A stretch of DNA of 63,392 nucleotides, counting the filler, from Octopus bimaculoides (taxonomy: Eukaryota), in the NCBI RefSeq assembly GCF_001194135.2. It is 6 parts of 6 records of this genome, joined end to end, with 100 filler letters (N's around TTAATTAATTAA, not from the genome) between each part and the next. Parts side by side here need not be neighbours in the genome. Positions count along the whole stretch, not along the records: positions 1 to 15,508 come from NC_069002.1; positions 15,609 to 25,866 come from NC_068989.1; positions 25,967 to 43,833 come from NC_068996.1; 3 more parts are not named here. One strand, 5' to 3'. Every line of letters begins with the position of its first letter. Within the stretch, counting starts at the first letter, position 1. The notes under the pieces are model-generated. The model did no database searches, was not told the origin of the DNA, and saw only the letters and a program-made list of their open reading frames with translations. A program made the position numbers and the translations under genes. Of the stretch, positions 13,780 to 26,480 are shown in pieces.

Positions 13780-15185
13780 TCTCCGATGCCTCAAACCACA
13801 ATGGTAAATTTGAGGAATCCCTTACAATGGTAAAAGAAGTACGAACAAAGCCAATGTAAGATGGTCAGGTGACATTATCACAGGAATGACACGCAAAGAG
13901 CGCAGTCAAGAGAAACTCTATTTGATCTCACAAAAATATTGCTCATGGAGCAAATCATACTTTGTTCAACAGGAAACGATAACATATTACATCTCTGCTT
14001 CACCAACAATCTGGAACGTATTCACAATGTGAAGATATCATCGATAATCTTCTCAGACCATAACGTAATAGAACTGATGATGTACGGTTCAGAACTAATT
14101 AATGATGTATTCCACAAAGATGGCAACCAAACCCTATCCAGTCTCAACTTCTAATATCGGCCATTCTTGGGAGGGGTAAGTGAGAGTGTGTGGCTGCATG
14201 GTTTTCTAAATGACTGAAGTTAGACAGTCATAGTCAATAGTACTCTCCCTGCGGAGACATCAATTCTCAACGGAATCCTTCAAGGAACTGTACTGGCACC
14301 ACCACCGTTTGTGGTGGCTCTCTCACACATGCCCTCAGCCGTACATTCAACCACTTTCACCATCTATGCTGATTATACGAAAGTAATGCAGGCAGTCAAG
14401 GAACCCGATAATATACTAAAACTGCAAAACAACCGGCATGCAATATACAAATGGGCTGATGAAAAATAACATACAATTCGATGCTGAGAAGTTTCAAGCC
14501 CTCCATTATTGAACCACAAACAGACAATTGGAATATGCAGAACGAGGGGTTGTGCAATCCCAGAGCCAGAGTCGATACTCGACTTAGGAACCCACATGTG
14601 CACATTATCAAGAGGGCAACATTGTGGAAGCGAATCACTGGATGGATTCTGAAAGCATTTATAACCAGAAAAAAGGATACCATGCTACTCCTATGGAGAA
14701 CTTACTCTCTCTGAAACCTGGATTATTGCTTCCAACTCTAGTTACCGCTGAGCATCAAACTGGTGGCGGAAATTGAAGCAATCCAGTACCGGTCACTACA
14801 CAAAGAAGGCTGACCCAGTGAAACAGATGAGTTCTAGGAACTGAGCTACAGGAACTACAGAGGAGACATAAAATATATGCAGTGATATACATATGGAAGA
14901 TTATGGAAGGTCTAGGTCCCAACTTTGGAACTAAAAGCAATAACAACCACCAAACTGGGTGGTACTGCATGGTACCAAAGATCCTGTCCTCTCCATTTCG
15001 AATAAGAACCCAGTACTATAACAGCTTGAGCTTCAAGGGTCCGCATCTATTCAACATTCTTCCAAAGAACCTCAGAGGTTTGCGAGGTGTAGATGTAGAG
15101 GTCGTCGACGAGCGTTTGCAGAAATTGTTAAGTCAGATACCAGATGAGCCCATATTGCGGCAGTGTTAATCCTCGTCGCTGGAAT
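13780..15185 (+). mobile_element. Decayed CR1-like LINE ORF2 (APE C-terminus fused by internal deletion to RT C-terminal half)
   Basis: NILHLCFTNN...IFSDHNVIEL (APE SDH motif); then GILQGTVLAP, IYADYTK (YADD), GWILKAF, VIYIWKIMEGL and SLSFKGPHLFNILP; many stops and frameshifts. Confidence 0.8.
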
Positions 15186-15552
15186 TTAAACAAAAAAATT
15201 AAAGCTGATTTATTAATACAAAACTCAATATCCACTGAATAATCATACTTTTCCACACCATTTTCGCTAAGAACCTTCCTGATTACCTTCCTCGTAATTC
15301 CAAAAAACATTTTGGCCATTGGTCCAGCAGCTTGACTGTGAAAAGAGAACAGACAGACGGACATAACGCCAATTATAGTAAGATTACGTAATTCCAATCC
15401 CCAACAACAGCTTTCGAACAAACACTGCGCCTTGCTTACCCTTTCCCCTTACTTTTCTTTACTTTTTGTACTCCATGGAAACCTGTTCTGTAAATATATA
15501 CATATCTGNNNNNNNNNNNNNNNNNNNNNNNNNNNNNNNNNNNNNNNNNNNN

Positions 15553-15564
15553 TTAATTAATTAA
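15553..15564. other. Assembly gap linker TTAATTAATTAA (also at 25911, 43878, 52690 and 60536)
   Basis: Each sits between exactly 44 N and 44 N (100 bp total) and encodes stops in all six frames. Confidence 0.95.
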
Positions 15565-15725
15565 NNNNNNNNNNNNNNNNNNNNNNNNNNNNNNNNNNNN
15601 NNNNNNNNATATATATATACATACACATACATACATGCATACGTACGTACATACATATACATACACATATATGTATGTGTGCGTATATATTATGTACATA
15701 TGTGTGTTATACATATGCATAACAA

Positions 15726-15756
<31 letters not shown>

Positions 15757-16149
15757 CACGCACATATATATATGTACACATCCACCCACACATGAAGGGC
15801 TTCTGTACAGTTTCTCTCTACTGTTACATTTCACTCATCAGCTGCAGAGAAATACAATTGTATGCATCTGGTGTAAGCGTTTATATGCGTACGTTTGCAC
15901 ATAAACGCATGCGCATATGTATTTCACTTCAGAATTTCATAGTGACAGTTCTGACTGCTGCAGCTGATATTGCCGTTGTTGTATTCTGCATCTGCATCTG
16001 CTGTACCCTGGCAGTGAACCGCTTTCAATGAATATCCACATGAAATGCACGAGGCATGATGTCGCCTCGAGTGTTGTATCTCATGACTATCTTACACACG
16101 TTTCACTTGTATCTGAGCAATGTAACAACAATTCCTTCTCGGTGTATAT

Positions 16150-17230
16150 TAGGGTTATGACTTTTTCACAACCTGATAACTCTATACTGTATTTCGATGA
16201 ATAATTTTATAAAAAACAGGAAATTAGCATTTATTTTGCTTTATTTGAAAAAAAACGTCACCCCCAACTTAAGAAATCGATCATCACTTTTGACCCAAAT
16301 CATGCAAAATTCTAATGGGATTCATAACTCCTGCTCAAGTTTTTACCAAACTTGGTGTGCTGACCCAATGCAATGCAAAAATAGTATATCTGAAATTTCA
16401 GCTTCTTTCTAGTTGAAGTAGTTTGGGAGTTATGGGCTTTTAAGACTATAATCACTAGGTGGAACTACATTCACACTTCAGTATTTCCGCTGCCTAAATC
16501 CTTATACGCGTAAGAGAGATGTGGAATAAGAGTGTATTTATACATTTTTAAGATTACTGAATTGAAATTGCTCTATTCAAAGGTTCAAAACTAGGTTATT
16601 TTAAGACAGAGGCCACTGCAAGCATTCGATAACATACAAAATTTAAAACAATACATATTTTTAGGTTTATAGGTTTAATTCCAATTTTAAATAACTGTAT
16701 AAGAAAAAGGGTGCTGATGTCAGCAAATTTTTAAACATAACAAAGAACTAATATGTTTTGTTAGATAAAATAAATTGAAGCTGAAGTTTCTCCTTTTTAC
16801 ATCATAAAGTTCTTGAAGGCACTTGATTGTCAGTTCTGCATTCTGATTTGTTCTGAGAATTTTCAGTTTTTATGGTTCTCTACTCCAAAAGTTTTTTTTT
16901 TTACAGAATTCAATGCATTTTTATGAACTTGCAGGCTACTACATAACTTCTGATAATCATGTACATTGAACACTTGTTCAGTAAACCAAACATCTGCCCA
17001 GCTGTAAGAGATGAATTGACAAACATTGAGAAGCAAAACTCTTTTCTTTGGTAGAAGAATAAATGCCAAAAGCGCTAGTATTGCTCGAGAATTCCATCTT
17101 GCATTACTTAAGTTAGGTATTTTTTGAAACTTTACAGTAGGAAATTTTCCGGTTTCTTCAAAGCTCTGTCTACTTTGTGGTGATATAGATAAGAGGAGAT
17201 GAAAAGAAGAGTTTGGGAAGGGTCTTGATG
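16150..17230 (-). mobile_element. Decayed DDE DNA-transposase remnant (hAT-related, possibly hATm) with 3' flank
   Basis: Open frame 17219-16870 reads ...KFQKIPNLSNARWNSRAILALLAFIL...; after a frameshift RTNQNAELTIKCLQEL. This resembles the (T/A)RW and NxxAER motifs of hAT-type transposases. TAGGGT at 16150 could be a terminal repeat start. Confidence 0.45.
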
Positions 17231-17289
17231 TGTGCGTTCATTGGAGTATTTGAAGCAAAGTAGGTTAAAAAAAAAGTAAAATTACCTTT

Positions 17290-17530
17290 TCGAGTCATAT
17301 CGACTCATAAGAGCTGGTTTCCTGGTTTCATGGCGTATATATATTCCCCACCAGGACAGGACGCCAGTCCGTCGCAGGATTACTCATTCTTTTCCAGCAG
17401 AGTGGACTGGAGCTACGTGAAATGAAGTGTTTCGCTGAAGAACACAACGCATCGCCCGGTCCAGGAATCAAAACCACAATCATACGATCATGATGCCAAC
17501 ACCCCTAACCACTAAGCTACGCGCCTCCAC
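17290..17530 (-). mobile_element. tRNA-derived SINE, core 2 + V-like 3' half
   Basis: Minus strand GTGGAGGCGCGTAGCTTAGTGGTTAGGG head, ...GCGAAACACTTCATTTCACG core and GCGACGGACTGGCGTCCTGTCCTGGTGGGGAA. Confidence 0.75.
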
Positions 17531-19344
17531 TAAGCAAAGTAAGTATTCCATCAACACTCGTATTCTTAATGTAATCCCTAAACAGAAACAAAGCTGCTAC
17601 TTGGAATTACTGGTACAAGCCAACCGACAGGCTTCCACACAGATTCTTCACAGTTTTCATCCACAAGCTTTGGATTGTTCCAAGCCGATAGCAAAAGGTA
17701 CCTGAAAAAGGGGCTATGTAATTCTAGCGAACCCGAGACCTTATGATTATTAGGCTAACTTTGTAGCAATTTTTCCGAGCCGCGTCGTATCTTCATTGTG
17801 TTCCTCTACATGCAAACCTAATGACGGACCCTCTACGTAGTCGCTCGACTTACTAGAAATAACAACCCTTAAAATACGTCTTATTGTATAAAAGATTAAA
17901 AAAATATAACAATGAATAATGTAATCCAATACTTGACCATCCTGTATGGAAAAAAAACAGGATGTTCAAGGCTGTAATGTCTTTGATCGTTGATGTAGCC
18001 AACGTGGGCTAATAGCAGGTTAAACAACAACATCAACAGGAAAAACAACTATAACAACAGAAACAACAACAACAACAGCATCAACAACTTATGGCTGACC
18101 AACTTTCGATACGTTTATATCTGTTTATATATTCGTCATTTCTGTGGCCTCTCAAACATTTTTGCAATCAATCTGGTCGGATCGAAAGGTTCGTCTCTGA
18201 AAGTTTTGTATTTGTAATGTTGAAGCCATGGGGAAATACTTCTTAATGTAGAATTATTATGTAGAGTGGATAAAAATTCGAACAATCACATGTTGCACCA
18301 ATAGCCTGCCTCATGTGAGTAGACGCATAAGAAGGTTCACTGGGGGAACTAGATACAGCGGAATTTTAGTTCATTTCCGATATTGGTCATTTTTGTAAAC
18401 CAACTGCCAGAAAAGTTCACCTTGTCAGCTAACCTGACTCTCCAAAAACTGATATATCTCGACATTTTTGTTCAAGGTCAAATGTATCGGCTCATCTCTC
18501 ATTGTCTCCTCTCTGGGGGCAGTTACATGAATTTATATCCATAAAGTACGTGAACACAGCGTTGAATTTCGCTCCCAGTTAAATTATGAAGCTCTATAAT
18601 TATACAAGAAATAATCAATTATAAATTTATTATGAATAATTTTAATACACAATTTCACGTTATAAAGAAACTAAAATATATAAATACTTGAATATCGGAA
18701 TGATTTCTTAAACAGGTGTAAAAATTGAAATATACAGTGTATATTGGCATAACTTATAACATTTCAAGAGAAGGGCAAAAGTATAACTTTTTATGTCAAG
18801 GAATTGGAATCAATATTTATAGGGAAGTGCAAAAGACTGCATGTCGTAGCGCTCACGATTTTATTAATGATGGCGTTAGTGATATACCCACTGCAAGCTA
18901 CAGTCCTTGTTGCAATATGGTAGCTTGTATGTCTCAATAACTTTGTGAGTTACACCAGTGGTGGACAAGCTTCTTGTAGAGCTTCTCATGCTGGACAGGT
19001 CAAAGGATAGAAGTCAGACAAATATGGACCACTTCTTCACAAAGGCAAAAATATGTTTCTATAGAGCCAACAGCCCAACCTAGAAATAAAAAAGCAGTTA
19101 TAGAAGCATCGATGACAATTAAAATCCGACAAGACCTGGGAAAAGATAGCCTGGAGTCGAGAACGGTGGAGAAAAGACGTCGGTGTCTATGTTCCATAAG
19201 GAGCGAAGGGCTTAATTAGGTAGTTAGTAAGTTAGGGAGTTAGTAATGTGAGGCAGATAGCCATTTTGTTAAGCAGCGCTCAACATACTAAATACAACTG
19301 TCTATGCTGGTAACATTGAAATCATTACTCTGTTACATTACTGT

Positions 19345-19438
19345 ATCTTTTCGGTTTGACATACTTGTTGTCTTGAAAAGCTATATCTGTGTAGAGATTT
19401 TCACTGAAATCGGAAGAGGTATGTCAAACTGAAAAGAT
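19345..19438. mobile_element. 94-bp MITE-like unit with 20-bp terminal inverted repeats
   Basis: ATCTTTTCGGTTTGACATAC (19345-19364) versus GTATGTCAAACTGAAAAGAT (19419-19438), 19/20 inverted match. Confidence 0.55.
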
Positions 19439-22400
19439 CCGACGCACATCAAAATTTGAATGTGAAAGGGCTATAGGAATATAAGCGTTCCAGAAAGGGA
19501 TGGAAACTAGTCCTCCGTCATGGTATAGCGAGAGCCGTGCCACGACGACATTTACGTCTCTTTGAAGAAAGAGAAATGTTAAAGATTGGTGAAAAATTTC
19601 TGTTGACATTTGAGGCTTTTTTGTGAGCCATAAAAGGGTCACAGCTGGATGTAAATAATGATAAAAATAGAGGGGTACACATTATTAGACCACACACTAG
19701 AGAGTTAATTCAATATCTCTAAAAACACGTACACAACACACACACAATACACGCACAAAACACACGCACCCAACACACACAACACACACACATATATTTG
19801 TGTATATAAGTATGTGTGTGTTGTAAATATATATAAAGTTGTGCCTTTGTAAACATCATTATACATGTGTAAACACCAATTTGAGATTGAGAAGAACACA
19901 CACATACACATATACATATGCATACATAAATAAAATATGCGTACACACACACACGTGCATTTTGTGTTTGTGTGTAAGAATGTATACTTATATATATACA
20001 TATATAAACATTGATGTTTGTGTATGTGTACGTGTTTGTACGTACATTAAACCTAGTTTCCTACAAAAAATTCACCTCACCACTAACAAACTCAGAAATC
20101 CCTGATAAGTTATGGCTACTGGATCTCTTAAATCTTTCATCGTCCCGCAGAGTCTTTCGACTTTTATATCATTCATTTTATCTACATCTACACCATTAGC
20201 AGTCTTCAAGGAAAGCGAGATTCACGCCATTTTGTAAAGGATACCTGTCTCTCTCTCTCTCTCTCTCTCTCTGTATGAGCATACATAAGTACATATATAT
20301 ATATATATNNNNNNNNNNNNNNNNNNNNNNNNNNNNNNNNNNNNNNNNNNNNNNNNNNNNNNNNNNNNNNNNNNNNNNNNNNNNNNNNNNNNNNNNNNNN
20401 NNNNNNNNNNNNNNNNNNNNNNNNNNNNNNNNNNNNNNNNNNNNNNNNNNNNNNNNNNNNNNNNNNNNNNNNNNNNNNNNNNNNNNNNNNNNNNNNNNNN
20501 NNNNNNNNNNNNNNNNNNNNNNNNNNNNNNNNNNNNNNNNNNNNNNNNNNNNNNNNNNNNNNNNNNNNNNNNNNNNNNNNNNNNNNNNNNNNNNNNNNNN
20601 NNNNNNNNNNNNNNNNNNNNNNNNNNNNNNNNNNNNNNNNNNNNNNNNNNNNNNNNNNNNNNNNNNNNNNNNNNNNNNNNNNNNNNNNNNNNNNNNNNNN
20701 NNNNNNNNNNNNNNNNNNNNNNNNNNNNNNNNNNNNNNNNNNNNNNNNNNNNNNNNNNNNNNNNNNNNNNNNNNNNNNNNNNNNNNNNNNNNNNNNNNNN
20801 NNNNNNNNNNNNNNNNNNNNNNNNNNNNNNNNNNNNNNNNNNNNNNNNNNNNNNNNNNNNNNNNNNNNNNNNNNNNNNNNNNNNNNNNNNNNNNNNNNNN
20901 NNNNNNNNNNNNNNNNNNNNNNNNNNNNNNNNNNNNNNNNNNNNNNNNNNNNNNNNNNNNNNNNNNNNNNNNNNNNNNNNNNNNNNNNNNNNNNNNNNNN
21001 NNNNNNNNNNNNNNNNNNNNNNNNNNNNNNNNNNNNNNNNNNNNNNNNNNNNNNNNNNNNNNNNNNNNNNNNNNNNNNNNNNNNNNNNNNNNNNNNNNNN
21101 NNNNNNNNNNNNNNNNNNNNNNNNNNNNGACTAAGTAAGACAGCTACAGCGTCCAATCACTCTTTCTCCGAACTTACCATTATACCGAATTCTTCATCAT
21201 CTAAACGTTGGTCTTCTGGAATCTATTCTCTGTCCACGCCTTTCTTTCGGGTGTTGACTGACATCAGTCTAAAATGAAACATTAATGGATTCAATCTTAC
21301 CAGCAGGAGGGTCTGCAGAGGTCATGGGTTCTGCCCCTCCTTCAGATTAGCAAGGCAAGTATATGAGTATGTATATATATATATATATATATATACATAC
21401 ATACACGCACACACACCTACACACACACCTACATACACACATACATACATACATATATACATGTACGTATATTAGACATACATATATGTATGTATAGGAG
21501 GTAGGTGTGTGTGTGTGTGTGTGTGTGTGCGTGTGTGTGTGTGTGTGCGTGTGTGTGTGTGTGTGTGCGTGCGCGCGTATGTGTGTGTGCGTATACATAT
21601 CTACGTATATACACATGAGGTGCGGGGAGTGCATTTGAGGATACTTCATTATCAGTATATTACTCTCTTCGAACCAATAAAAAGGGCTTTCATTTTTGTT
21701 AAGATCATTCATGACAGATAAAATTCTAGCACAAAACGTTGAACAGGCATGCAGTCATTGTTGCTATGTGTGGAACACAACGATCTAGAAATTTCCAACT
21801 TTCTAAATGTTGCAAGCTCTTTTTGTACACAAGGTTTGGATGGAATTGTAACCCTCTGACTGGAATGTTTCAACTGGAGCCCGTACTGTTAGTGGTTAGA
21901 CCTCTTCTCCAACAAATAGTCGACCAGAGCCCTCGTCGACATTTTCAACACATTGTTGGTTACACGTGGGAACTAAACGGAGCAAAACAAAAAATGACGC
22001 CTAAAAGGAACCGACAAAGGTTACAGAACGCGTGCTAACTGCTAGCTTTTTTGCTGATCTTCACACAGATAAAGAATACAGAGAATCTAAAAACAAACAA
22101 AAAAAAAGAATTGGAAAATGCCATGCTGGTGAAGGAAGAGATATAAGGATTCCTCCACAAACTTCAGAAAGAATGTTCGTGAAGACAACAGCAACAGTAT
22201 ATCAACTGCAAAAGCAATTCTTCCCAGATGATTTGAAGAAATTCATTATCAAATTAAGATACCGACAGCTTGTGGGCACCTTTGGGACTACAAAAGAAAG
22301 GAAAGGGAAACAAGCTCCGAGTGAATACCTAATTATATCTTCTCGTCGAATGCCACAAAGGCTGTAATGAAAACTGGTTGGTTGAATGTTGGTGACCTGA

Positions 22401-22561
22401 GAGATGTCTAGAAGTCGGATTACCTATTAAACGACTTTGAATAACTTAACTTAGAAGTAGTAATCCTCAATGAGACTAAGTTTCCAGATACGATGTCACT
22501 ATTATTTCATCGGATCAAATACGAAGGTGATACCTCTTTCAGTTGCACGGATTGTGTAGAG

Positions 22562-22690
22562 CAGTGCTTCTCAAACTATCTGATGTGGAGTACCGGCAGT
22601 TTTTTTTTCCCAATGTGCCAGGGATCGGTAATATTCCTTAGTAATATTAATTTATACCGGAAATAATATATATAAGGAATATAATAAAAC
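22562..22690 (+). mobile_element. Possible hAT/Charlie-like left end
   Basis: Begins CAGTGCTTCTCAAACT, similar to Charlie/MER5-type TIRs; partner TIR not seen. Confidence 0.3.
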
Positions 22691-22699
22691 TCTTTACTC

Positions 22700-23072
22700 T
22701 TTTACTTGTTTCAGTCATTTGACAGCGGTCATGCTGGAGCACCGCCTTTTTTTAGTCGAGCTAATAGATCCCAGGACTTATTCTTTGTAAGCCTAGTACT
22801 TATTCTATCGGTCACTTTTGCCGAACCGCTAAGTTACGGGGACGTAAACACACCAGCATCGGTTGTCAAGCGATGTTGGGGGAACAAACACAGACACACA
22901 AACACATACACACACATATATAAATATATATATATGCATATACATATATACGACGGGCTTCTTTCAGTTTCCGTCTACCAAATCCACTCACAAGGCTTTG
23001 GTCGGCCCGAGGCTATAGTAGAAGACACTTGCCCAAGGTGCCAAGCAGTGGGACTGAGCCCGGAACCATGTG
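22700..23072 (-). mobile_element. Family B SINE (head runs into a gap)
   Basis: Reverse complement of the 39561-39910 family sequence. Confidence 0.85.
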
Positions 23073-25669
23073 NNNNNNNNNNNNNNNNNNNNNNNNNNNN
23101 NNNNNNNNNNNNNNNNNNNNNNNNNNNNNNNNNNNNNNNNNNNNNNNNNNNNNNNNNNNNNNNNNNNNNNNNNNNNNNNNNNNNNNNNNNNNNNNNNNNN
23201 NNNNNNNNNNNNNNNNNNNNNNNNNNNNNNNNNNNNNNNNNNNNNNNNNNNNNNNNNNNNNNNNNNNNNNNNNNNNNNNNNNNNNNNNNNNNNNNNNNNN
23301 NNNNNNNNNNNNNNNNNNNNNNNNNNNNNNNNNNNNNNNNNNNNNNNNNNNNNNNNNNNNNNNNNNNNNNNNNNNNNNNNNNNNNNNNNNNNNNNNNNNN
23401 NNNNNNNNNNNNNNNNNNNNNNNNNNNNNNNNNNNNNNNNNNNNNNNNNNNNNNNNNNNNNNNNNNNNNNNNNNNNNNNNNNNNNNNNNNNNNNNNNNNN
23501 NNNNNNNNNNNNNNNNNNNNNNNNNNNNNNNNNNNNNNNNNNNNNNNNNNNNNNNNNNNNNNNNNNNNNNNNNNNNNNNNNNNNNNNNNNNNNNNNNNNN
23601 NNNNNNNNNNNNNNNNNNNNNNNNNNNNNNNNNNNNNNNNNNNNNNNNNNNNNNNNNNNNNNNNNNNNNNNNNNNNNNNNNNNNNNNNNNNNNNNNNNNN
23701 NNNNNNNNNNNNNNNNNNNNNNNNNNNNNNNNNNNNNNNNNNNNNNNNNNNNNNNNNNNNNNNNNNNNNNNNNNNNNNNNNNNNNNNNNNNNNNNNNNNN
23801 NNNNNNNNNNNNNNNNNNNNNNNNNNNNNNNNNNNNNNNNNNNNNNNNNNNNNNNNNNNNNNNNNNNNNNNNNNNNNNNNNNNNNNNNNNNNNNNNNNNN
23901 NNNNNNNNNNNNNNNNNNNNNNNNNNNNNNNNNNNNNNNNNNNNNNNNNNNNNNNNNNNNNNNNNNNNNNNNNNNNNGGGGTGGGAGTGGGGGCGAGAGA
24001 GAAAGAAAGAGAATTCAAGACAAAACGAGATACACCTTTACTTATAAGCGTATTCTTATCTCGAATAGCTTTTTATAGAATGTCCCTAATATCAACATTT
24101 TATCCGTTCTTCTTACGAAGAACTTTTATCGTGCCCTTGCAGATACATGCACACATACACACGCACACATTCACATAATCCCGCACGCACTTGAGTATTG
24201 TGTTACCCTCCAGAGACCAGTGACACAACAATCATGAGATAGCGAAACGTTTTCATTATTGTTGTTGTTGTTGTTGTTGGTTTTGTTGTAGTTCCTTGTT
24301 GTTTCAGGAGCGAAGTGATGTTGATGTTTGCGATAAAGACTTATGCATGAATCTATATCTCATTTTCCTTTTTGTTCTCTCTCTCTCTCCCTTCTTGTCT
24401 CTCCCTTCCCCATATCTCTCGAACGCGCGCGCTCACAAATTTTAAGTAATTATGTTTACAGTGTACTCTATATTTTTCTTAAACGTTTTTAAACTCCTGA
24501 TTATTATTTTGTACTTTATCTTGCCCATACAAAGAGATGCTCACACTCGCATATACAAACACACGTTCATACCTTCAGTGTTTCACTAATATATATATAC
24601 AACATACAGGACGGGCGGTGGGCTGGCGAAACTTTCAGTTATAATGAAATTTTGTACATATGTATGTATGCATGCATGTATGTATACGCATGCATATATA
24701 TAGATACACAAAACATACCTACATACATACATACATACATACATACATACATACATACATACATGCATACATACATAGACATGAAAATATATTCATAAAA
24801 AAGCATCCATAAAACAAACATACAAATCTGCGCATACACACACATATGCACAAATACCTAGATGATGTTGATAAAAGTTTCAATGAAGGAGCTTTGAATC
24901 TATGTTAGAGTCCGGCTCTTTCTCTATTGACAAGAAATACAGAAATGAAACTGATTGATAACATACATACATACATACATACATACATACATACATACAT
25001 ACATACATACATACATACATACACAAACACATACTCACACATGCACAGACAAGTGATCGGACAAACGAAGAAAGTGGCACGCAACAATGATGGAGCTGAG
25101 ACAAACGTTTATTAAATGTATATATTTAATACACAGAGAGAGTGAAAATCAGTAAGACGTGAAAATAACTGATGTAAATATATAAAAGGTTAAAAAAAAC
25201 AACAAACGGAAATCGTCAACACATTACAAGCAGGAAAAGGACGATAACATAACAACGGCAAACAGGACAAAACAAGATACACGGATCATTGGCAGACAAT
25301 TGCTTCTTCAGTCGGAACCTGGAATGTCTACGTAGTTTCGTCCAATCCTCTCCGATACTATTCGAAACTAGATGGGCCAAGGGTTTAAGCTGAAGGCATT
25401 AAGTCCCTGAGCAAGGCAAACGAATGTACATATACAAACACAAGGAAATAACAAACAGAAAGGGTCAAAGAATGATTGGGAGTGTTACATAGAACAGATT
25501 CCACACCGCTGACCAGATAGGATCAGAACATTTTTCATTTGAAAGATTGATGCTGTGTACTCAATTATAAAGATGAGTTTTCAAAATGAAAGTTCAACTT
25601 TCATTGTACCAAAAGTGCTTTAGCTTTTGTTCTGTATTACATACATGCATACGATCCTTATGTAGGATC

Positions 25670-25796
25670 CGAGAGTTCGATTCCTGGTGCGATGTGTCCT
25701 TGAGCAAGACACTTTATTTCACGCGCAAGCTGTTAGACTGTTCCGTTGATCGGATCAACTAGAACCCTTATCGTCGTAACTGACGGAGTGCCACAT
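25670..25796 (+). mobile_element. Internally deleted SINE (core 2 + family A tail)
   Basis: GAGTTCGATTCC B-box, TGTGTCCTTGAGCAAGACACTTTATTTCACG, then GATCGGATCAACT...GACGGAGTGCCAC. Confidence 0.65.
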
Positions 25797-26152
25797 AAAT
25801 ATGTGTGTGTGTGTGTGTATGTATGTATATATATATGTATGCGTATATATATATATATATATATATNNNNNNNNNNNNNNNNNNNNNNNNNNNNNNNNNN
25901 NNNNNNNNNNTTAATTAATTAANNNNNNNNNNNNNNNNNNNNNNNNNNNNNNNNNNNNNNNNNNNNATATATACATATATGTAGATATATATATATACAT
26001 ACATGTGGGTGTGTGGGTATGTGTGTGTTCCTGTATAGTTGAAATTTACAGAAGAACAAAAGATGAAGACAGGTGTATGAACAACAAGCAGGTTTATTAG
26101 TTTGACGCTTGGGAAAATGAGAAAGTCTTTTATGTCATATATATTAATGGAA

Positions 26153-26480
26153 CTGGCACTCCGTCGGTTAGAACGACGTGAGTGCCAGTTGAGCTGATCA
26201 ACTGAACATCATGCTCGTGAAATTAACGCGCATGTGGTTGAGCACTCTACAGATAGGCACGTGTACATTTAACGTAGTTCACAGAGAGATTCAGCGTGAC
26301 ACAGAGTGTAATAAGGCTGGCCCCTTTGAAAAACAGGTACTACTCATTTTTTCCAGCTACGTAGACGGGACCAACGTGAAATAAAGTGTCTTGCTCAAGG
26401 ACACAACGCGTCGCTCTGAATTGAACTCACGGACTTGCGATCGTGAGCCGAAAAGCCTAACTACTAAGCGACGCGCCTTC
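26153..26480 (-). mobile_element. tRNA-derived SINE, core 2 + Nin-like domain/tail
   Basis: Minus strand head GAAGGCGCGTCGCTTAGTAGTTAGG, TTGTGTCCTTGAGCAAGACACTTTATTTCACG core, and a tail ending GACGGAGTGCCA as in family A. Confidence 0.75.

Noticed and set aside
21739-22367. Two ~100-aa ORFs in non-repetitive sequence
   Set aside because: No recognisable motif, no splice-consistent structure, and different frames; cannot be called coding.
25290-25350. Minus-strand GGAC-GAAACTACGTAGAC...CTGAAGAAGC resembling a permuted hammerhead
   Set aside because: The cleavage triplet is GAC rather than NUH, and no stem I or stem II can be formed.
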